DNA of 63,155 bases, counting the filler, from Conidiobolus incongruus B7586 (lineage: Eukaryota): the NCBI GenBank assembly GCA_000697335.1. It is 24 parts of 24 records of this genome, joined end to end, with 100 filler letters (N's around TTAATTAATTAA, not from the genome) between each part and the next. Parts side by side here need not be neighbours in the genome. Positions count along the whole stretch, not along the records: positions 55,971 to 57,393 come from JNEM01004963.1; positions 57,494 to 58,729 come from JNEM01004964.1; positions 58,830 to 63,155 come from JNEM01004967.1; 21 more parts are not named here. One strand, written 5' to 3'. The notes beneath the pieces were generated by a model. The model was not told the origin of the DNA and searched no databases. It saw nothing but the letters and a program-made list of their open reading frames with translations. Within the stretch, counting starts at the first letter, position 1; each line of letters opens with the position of its first letter. A program made the translations under genes and the position numbers. Shown here piece by piece: positions 56,040 to 63,155 of the stretch.

Positions 56040-56224
56040 TAATATTTGTTTACTAATATAAATATTATTTAAAAAAATTTATATATAATAAGGATATAGT
56101 TTAATCTAATATATTGATTTATTTTTTTATAATGGATTATACAAAATTATCTAAGATTTATCAATTATAATAATTTCTTATAAAAGCCTTGGTTTTTAGC
56201 TATACCTTAGTAAACTTTATTTAT
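56040..56224 (-). mobile_element. Internal mariner family B fragment, host of the following insertion
   Basis: Matches 56760-56930 (…GCTATACCTTAGTAA…) and ends at a TA where a mariner TIR begins. Confidence 0.7.
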
Positions 56225-56226
56225 TA

Positions 56227-57393
56227 CTTTGTAATTTAAATAATGGGAATTTTTTGTGATTGAAAAAATAAATATTTTAGTATATAAAGAATAAAGATAG
56301 ATATATAATATAAAATTAATAATTTCCTTTAATACTAATAATTTTTTGCTATATTTCTGATAAAGATCTAATATATAAAAAATAATTTTTTTTATTAAAA
56401 ATTGAAATTTGATATTTTATAAATTAATTAAATTTTTTTGCTAAAATTTTCTTTTCTGCAAGCTGGTTTTTTAATTACCTAAAGCAATTATAATCATATG
56501 GGTTATAATTTAAGAAATATATTGGATATGGTAGTTCTTTTCAATTATCTATAATTAGAAAGTTTTTTATAAATTAGATTAATATATTTTGCAATTATTA
56601 TATAAAATAATTGGGCTTCTTATATTATATTAAGAATAGCAATTAGGAATAATTTTATTTGAAAAAAATATAAAATTTATTATTAATTAACTTTCCTTTA
56701 AGAATTAAATAAAAATAGCATATGCCATGATAATCCATTATAACAATTAACAATTATTTATCAATAAAGTACTTATTTAAAGGAATTTGTTTAAGGGGTT
56801 GATTTAGCTTAATCCAACACCTTAATTTATGTTTTAGCAAAAGATTATAAAAAGGAATCTAAGATTCATCAATTATAATAATTTATTGTAAATCTTTGGT
56901 TTCTGGCTATACCTTAGTAAGTTTTGTTTAGCAATTGCTACTCTAGCTTTTTTTGAGCTTTAATTAAATTATAAAGTACCTATATTGTATTTTTATTAAT
57001 TAATTTTAATTTAAACTTTAATATATATAAAATCTTATATAACTAATAATAAAGTATTTTGATACGTCTTTAGCTAAAATAAAAGGATGCTTTTCAATAT
57101 AATCTTTTGTTTTATTAAGAATTAAAAGAACAATATTTGAAATTAGTCTTCTAAATTTTAATAGGTTTTATATAGTTTTTCTCCTAGTTTTAAAGTAATT
57201 TACCTATAAATAAATTATTGATTTAAATAATAATGTATTACCAAAAGTTGCTTATAAATTTTGAATGATTTTAAAGGGTTTGTAGTTAAGTTTTACTAAT
57301 ACTAAAATAAAAGACTTTTGATGATTATCATTTTGTTTAAGTATCAATAAATTAAATAATTAATTTTAAAAAATAAATTTTTTAAATAAAAAA
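56227..57393 (-). mobile_element. Mariner family B (DD34D), degenerate
   Basis: Right TIR TA|CTTTGTAATTTAAATAATGGGAATTTTT. One of the least mutated copies, retaining IDES and RCWIK. Confidence 0.9.
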
Positions 57394-57493
57394 NNNNNNN
57401 NNNNNNNNNNNNNNNNNNNNNNNNNNNNNNNNNNNNNTTAATTAATTAANNNNNNNNNNNNNNNNNNNNNNNNNNNNNNNNNNNNNNNNNNNN

Positions 57494-58631
57494 TTGATTA
57501 AAAAATTAACTTTTTAAAATTGGTTATTTAATTTAATTATATTTATATTAAATAATAATTATCAAAAGTTTTTTATTTTAGTATCAATAAAACTTAACCA
57601 TAAGTTTTCTAAAATTATTTAAAATTTATAAGCAGCTTTTAATAATGAAGTATTATCTTAATCAACAATTTATCACAAGGTAAATTACTTTAAGGCTAAG
57701 AGAGAAATTATCTAAAACCTACCAAAATCTAAAAAACTAATTTTAACTATTACTCATTTAATTATCAATAAAGTAAGAAAATATATTGAAAACTATCTTT
57801 TTATTTTAGTAAGAGAATTATCTAAGAAATTTAATATTAGTTTTATAAATATTTTATATATATTAAAGTTTAAACTTAAATTATTAAATAAAAATATAAA
57901 ATATATATTTTATAATTTAACTATAATTTAGAAAATATTTAGAGTAATTATTGTTAAACAAAACTTACTAAAATATTACTAAAAGCTTAAACTTCTATAA
58001 TAAATAGTTATAATTGATGAATCTTAAATCCCTATATATAATCTTATAATAAAACACAAATCAAAATGCTAAATTAAGTTAAATCAACCCCCTCTACAAA
58101 TCCTTTTAAATAAATATTTTGGTAATAAATGAATATTAATTATTAAAAATAGATTATATTAGTATATTCTACTCTTATTTAATTCCTGAAGAAAAATCAA
58201 TTAATTGTAAACTTTATATTGCTTTTTTAAATAATAGTATTTTTAATTGGTGTTCTTAATATATTTTCAGAAAATTTATTATTTTGCATCATAGTTATAA
58301 AAAACATAAATATAAAGCTATAAAAAACTTTCTAATTAAAAATAACTGGAAAAAACTACCATATTTAGTATATTTTTTCAATTATAACTTATGTGATTAT
58401 AATTGCTTTATGTAATTAAAAAACTAGCTTACAGGAAAGAAAATTTTTGCAAGAAAATTTAATTAATTTGTGAAATATCAAATTTCAATTTTTAATAAAA
58501 AGAGCTATTTTGAGGTGTTAGATCTTTGATAAAAAAATAGCGAAATATTATTAATAATAAAGTAAACTATTAAATTTATATTATTTATTCATTTTAAATT
58601 GAAAAAAATTCCTATTATTCAAAATATAGAG
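57494..58631 (+). mobile_element. Mariner family B (DD34D), degenerate, inserted into a Tc1
   Basis: Retains ATT GAT GAA TCT (about 58013), AAC TGG and TGT GAT TAT. The right TIR AAAAATTCCTATTATTCAAAATATAGAG|TA is followed by internal Tc1 sequence. Confidence 0.9.
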
Positions 58632-58633
58632 TA

Positions 58634-58690
58634 ATTCCACTTATATTTTAAGAAAAAACACCTTTAATTAAAAAAATCCTATTATTAAGT
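58634..58690 (+). mobile_element. Short internal Tc1 family A fragment
   Basis: CCACTTATATTTTAAGAAAAAACACCTTTAATTAAAAAAATCCTATT matches 42097-42143. Confidence 0.65.
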
Positions 58691-61281
58691 ACAAAATAAA
58701 ATATTTTTATTAATATTAGATTATAATTANNNNNNNNNNNNNNNNNNNNNNNNNNNNNNNNNNNNNNNNNNNNTTAATTAATTAANNNNNNNNNNNNNNN
58801 NNNNNNNNNNNNNNNNNNNNNNNNNNNNNTTACTATGAATAAATGAATAAATATTAAAAAAATCTTTTCTAATTATATATTTATATTTATTTGCTCTAAA
58901 AACATAATCTATCTTTTATTTTATTATTAATTTTTGATTAAAAGATAAAATTAATTTAAACTAATATTTATAGGACTAGGAAATTAAAATTACTAATAAT
59001 AATAAATTCGTATTGACATGATAACAAAAAAAAGAATTAATATGTTATAAAGATGTTTATACCTATTAAATATATATATGAATTTAACTAATATCCAAAT
59101 TTTATTAATAATAATAAATTTTTTATTTGAAATTTTTTATACTTTATTAATATCAAAAAATTTTGTTAATTATAAATCAAATTCTTGAAACTATATAGAG
59201 CAATATATATATTATTTATATAACTTGGAAATTATATATTAATTATTTATTAAAAATTTTTTCATTAAAATTTATTAAAATATTATTTTTATTTATTATT
59301 AATTGATTCAATATATAAAATTACTAACAATATTATAAATTTTAAGCTATCAATATTTGTATTAAAATCTAGAATAACTGTAATTAAATAAAGCTGTCAT
59401 GAATTAAAAATAACACTAATCTAGAATAACATCATGCCGTGGTTCTTGCCATCTTTATTTAATACCAGTTTACATTATTCTTGTGTTTACCAACGATGCT
59501 TTTAGGCAAATTTGTGTAAATAAAAGGAATTTTAAGCAATATTTAATTCACACTATTATACTCAAGGCGTTTTTATTTAGATCATAAAAATATTTGCTTA
59601 ATGATTGAATATCCTTTGCAAATAATTTCGGTATTATAAATAAAATAAGAATTTGTACAATTTAATTTTAATAATTAACCAAACACTAAAACTTTGTTGA
59701 ATTATATATTTATAATATTACAATTTAAAATTGAAAATTATAAAATTTTGTTAATTATTTTTAAAGTTCATATCTATTAAAATTTTGCAATTAAAAATTA
59801 TTTATGTGATAATTTAAAATAAATAGATGAACTACCTTTTTTCCAATATTTTATTATTATTAATATTATTATTTAAAAAAAGTATATTTTTATAATATTA
59901 ATCTAATAATTATTACAAATAATTGAATTTAAATTTCTTTAAAATGACTAATTTATAATAAATAAATTATTATTAATAATTATAATATTTGTTTTAATTT
60001 TTAAAAAATATATATTAACAAAAAATTTCAAAATAATGACATCATTTAAAAAAATTTTTTATAAAATTTTTATTTAATTAGATAATAACTTATATATACT
60101 AAATAAATAAATAAAAATAAAATTCTTACGTAAAATATTAAGATGCATGTTGAATTCAAATTTAACAAGTATTATAGTTTTAAAAGAAAAATAAAATTTA
60201 ATTTGATATATTCAATTCAACTTTATTTTGTTTTATTTTTCAAAAAAAACAATTGATGAATAATGTTAAATTTAAAGGTGGTTCAAAAAATTTCTCATAC
60301 CGTCTGATAAATATCAATTTTTCTAATCTCTTTTTTCTCTTTTTTTGATTAACAATTATAAATTGATTGATAAATAGGATTAGATATTGGAAAAGTATAT
60401 TTTAAACTAATTTATAAATTAAAATGATTAGAATAAATATCTTAGATTAATTAAAGGCATCAAATATTCAGAATTATTATCACTTAAGAGATTAAACCAA
60501 TTCCTAGTACATATTAAAATTACTTAATCATATAACCAATTAGGAAATCTTCAAATTTTAATTGGATGAATGTTAAAATACTTATAATGAGGTAAAATTA
60601 TGGATTATAAAAAAATTTTGTGCTTATAAATATAATGCTATTTATTATTAAAGCCAATATAATTAGGATTTGTTTTTAGGTTTAATAATTAAAAATAACA
60701 TTGAACGGAGGTTTTAAAACCAATTGTTAACTATTATTAAATATTATAACCCTGATTTTAAATTTATTAATTGATTACGAATATTGTAATATTAATTGGA
60801 GTTCAACAAAAGAACTCAAAAAATTACAAATTAAAACATTAAATAATACATGCTAAATGCAATCAAATACATAGTATATAATATATGCTCTAATCTTATA
60901 ACAAATAAATAAACTTAAAAATTATTTTATTTAAATATATATATATATATATAAAGAAGTTTAATTTAAAAAATTTAATTGTTATGAGGATGATTGTATA
61001 AGTAAAAAGATATAAATTAAATTAATTGCTTAAAGGATAGTCGAAGATAATAATGATTGAGTTTGGATTGATGGTCATTTTAATTAAGTGAGGTGTATTG
61101 GGCGTTGGGAAATGGACTATAGACAGAATGAGTAGAGTGGGATTTGAAATGGTTTCTTTCCGAGTTTTTCCTATGTGAAGTGAGTTCGATGGTAAAGGGC
61201 CAGAGTTTTAATAAATATTTAAATAAAGTGCATCGAATTTAGTCAACATAAAAATCAATTTGAAATGTCCAAATATTGAAC

Positions 61282-62024
61282 CTATAAAATAGCACAACAT
61301 CCAGAACCCTGATCATCTCGATTAGAATGGTTATTAAGGTTTTGAGATAGGTGGTTCAAAGGAGATTCTTGATTTTCTTTAGAACATTTCCTAATTTCAC
61401 GAACTAAAGTATAAAAAGCTTCATCAACATTAATCTTTTGTTTGGCCGAAGTTTCCATAAATCGACATTGGAAACTTCTAGCTAAATCTCTTCCTTCTTG
61501 ACCTGAAACCTGTCTGTCAGCTTCCAAATCACACTTATTAGCAACTACAACCATAGGGAAATATTCTTTATCTTTGACACGAAGAATTTGATCATGGAAG
61601 GTTGATATTTCATCGTAAGATAAGCGCGATGTAATAGAGTAAACAAGTAAGAAACCTTCACCAGTGCGCATATATTGTTCACGCATAGCGCTATATTCTT
61701 CTTGACCAGCGGTATCAAGGACATCCAGAAGAGCTACTTCATCATCAATAACACATTGTTTTCTATATGAATCTATAAAAAATGAAGGGAGGTAAATTGA
61801 GTTGATTATAAATGAATGAATTAAATCGATTACCTTCGATAGTGGGATCATATTCGTCCACGAAGTGAGATTGGATAAATTGAATAGTAAGAGCAGATTT
61901 ACCAACACCTTAAAATAGAAAAAAGAAAATCAATGAAATAATGATTGATAATTTGGAAAAGATAATTACCACCACCGCCAACAACAACTAGTTTATATTC
62001 TCTTAAAAATTGTGTTTTAGACAT
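61282..62024 (-). CDS. RAS1: Ras small GTPase (206 aa, 3 exons)
   Basis: Exons: 62024-61970, 61908-61834, 61772-61282 (621 nt), with two 61-nt GT-AG introns. Reads [28 protein letters not shown], effector loop [30 protein letters not shown] and C-terminal CCAIL (palmitoylation Cys plus CaaX). The ORF-track N-terminus is intron read-through. Confidence 0.97.
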
Positions 62025-63155
62025 AATTAATATAATTTAAATAAATCGTTGAAAACGATAAAGAGATAATGATCAAAGGAAAGTGGGTGAGTTATATATG
62101 GTAGGAGCGATACTAATTAACAATCCAATTTAAAATTGAGTTGAATTATAGTGCAAATGAGAGGCTAAAATGCGAATCAAAGGCTGTTAAAATGATAGAT
62201 TTGAATCACAAGATGTGGGAATTAAATCTGAGTTGTGTGAAAAACAGATGAATTGGAGGATGCTATACTTGCTAAGCACTAGCAAATTTCGACTAGGGTC
62301 AGCTTCTTAAAGAATGGAGATAAAATCATTTGAAATTATATCAATGCCTATATTTATACCTTTTTCTTCCTTAATTACAATTCTTCGTGATACCTCTATA
62401 TTAATAAGTAATTGGCCCAATCCTCTCAAATCCTCTTGTTCTCCCCAACTGAGTTGAAGCATAAAAATCCATTAAAACTTTTTTGTTTGCTATATATGGC
62501 AAAAATTGACTCCTATCCCCTTCAACCTAATTCTAACCCAATCAAATTTGTTTCCAATATTCTGCCATGTTTATATGCATAAATCTGATGATTAACTTTT
62601 ATATTTTAACTTAATTTAATCATTTTGAAATATGTATGTTAATGTTTCATAATATAAGAGTATACAATATAAAGTGATGATTATGTAACTAATATTCAAT
62701 TTTACCGTTATTAATAAATTATTTAATATATCAAAAATATTATATATTTTAATTATAATTAAATTATTAAATTATTAAATAATTTTTAGAATATTCTTTT
62801 AATTTAATTTTTAGAATTATTTAATTATAATAATATTTTTCTTTATTATAATTAATAATTTAAAATTTATTATATTTATTATATATAATATATATATATA
62901 TATAGCCTTAATTTTATAATAAAAAATGATTGATAACCAAATATTTATTTTATAATTTTAATATTAACTAATATTACAGATACATATATTTTTTCAAGAT
63001 TTTTTTTAATAGGAGATAATTATTTTTTCTTTAACTGAAATTAAATATATTTTAAATAATATATATATTATATAATTATATTTTATTTAAACTTATAGTA
63101 AAATAATTATTATTTTATATTGAATATTAAATATTAATTTAAAATAATTTATTAT

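Larger units (their letters stand above)
6692..58829. other. 23 artificial 100-nt assembly gap linkers (N44-TTAATTAATTAA-N44) scattered across this span
   Basis: Identical linkers start at 6692, 8052, 9940, 11277, 12643, 14083, 24296, 25521, 26701, 28687, 30473, 31943, 38310, 41023, 44195, 46372, 48969, 50672, 52452, 54084, 55871, 57394 and 58730. The 12-mer places stop codons in all six frames. Confidence 0.97.

Noticed and set aside
6692..58829. TTAATTAATTAA recurring 23 times, superficially like a regularly spaced repeat or CRISPR array
   Set aside because: It is always centred in a fixed 100-nt N block, so it is an artificial six-frame-stop linker. Gap sizes and adjacency across gaps are therefore uncertain.
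62255..62310. Small hairpin (TTGCTA-AGCAC-TAGCAA) and TTCGA upstream of Ras, possibly a tRNA or ncRNA
   Set aside because: No cloverleaf or acceptor stem could be built. Likely ordinary promoter sequence.

Overview
Eukaryotic and extremely AT-rich. The proteins look fungal and the GT-AG introns are 51-62 nt; by inference this is an early-diverging fungus such as an Entomophthorales/Conidiobolus-like genome. The window is a fragmented scaffold with 23 artificial 100-nt N-gap linkers containing TTAATTAATTAA. Three intact spliced genes were reconstructed: mitochondrial serine hydroxymethyltransferase (9 exons, minus), a Zrc1/Cot1-type CDF zinc transporter (3 exons, plus) and a Ras GTPase (3 exons, minus). 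Most of the rest is a nested transposon graveyard. It holds about 14 copies or fragments of a DD34E Tc1 family with long IR/DR-type ends, 9 of a DD34D mariner family, one full-length 5.7-kb chromodomain Ty3/gypsy element with LTRs, PBS and TSD, a solo LTR and other gypsy fragments. All transposon copies are inactivated by dense C>T/G>A transitions while the neighbouring genes are intact. This RIP-like, repeat-targeted hypermutation pattern is the most interesting signal. Also notable are a nearly identical 440-bp inverted repeat flanking the zinc transporter, which escaped mutation, and a small unannotated secreted-peptide ORF. All motif reconstructions were done by eye.
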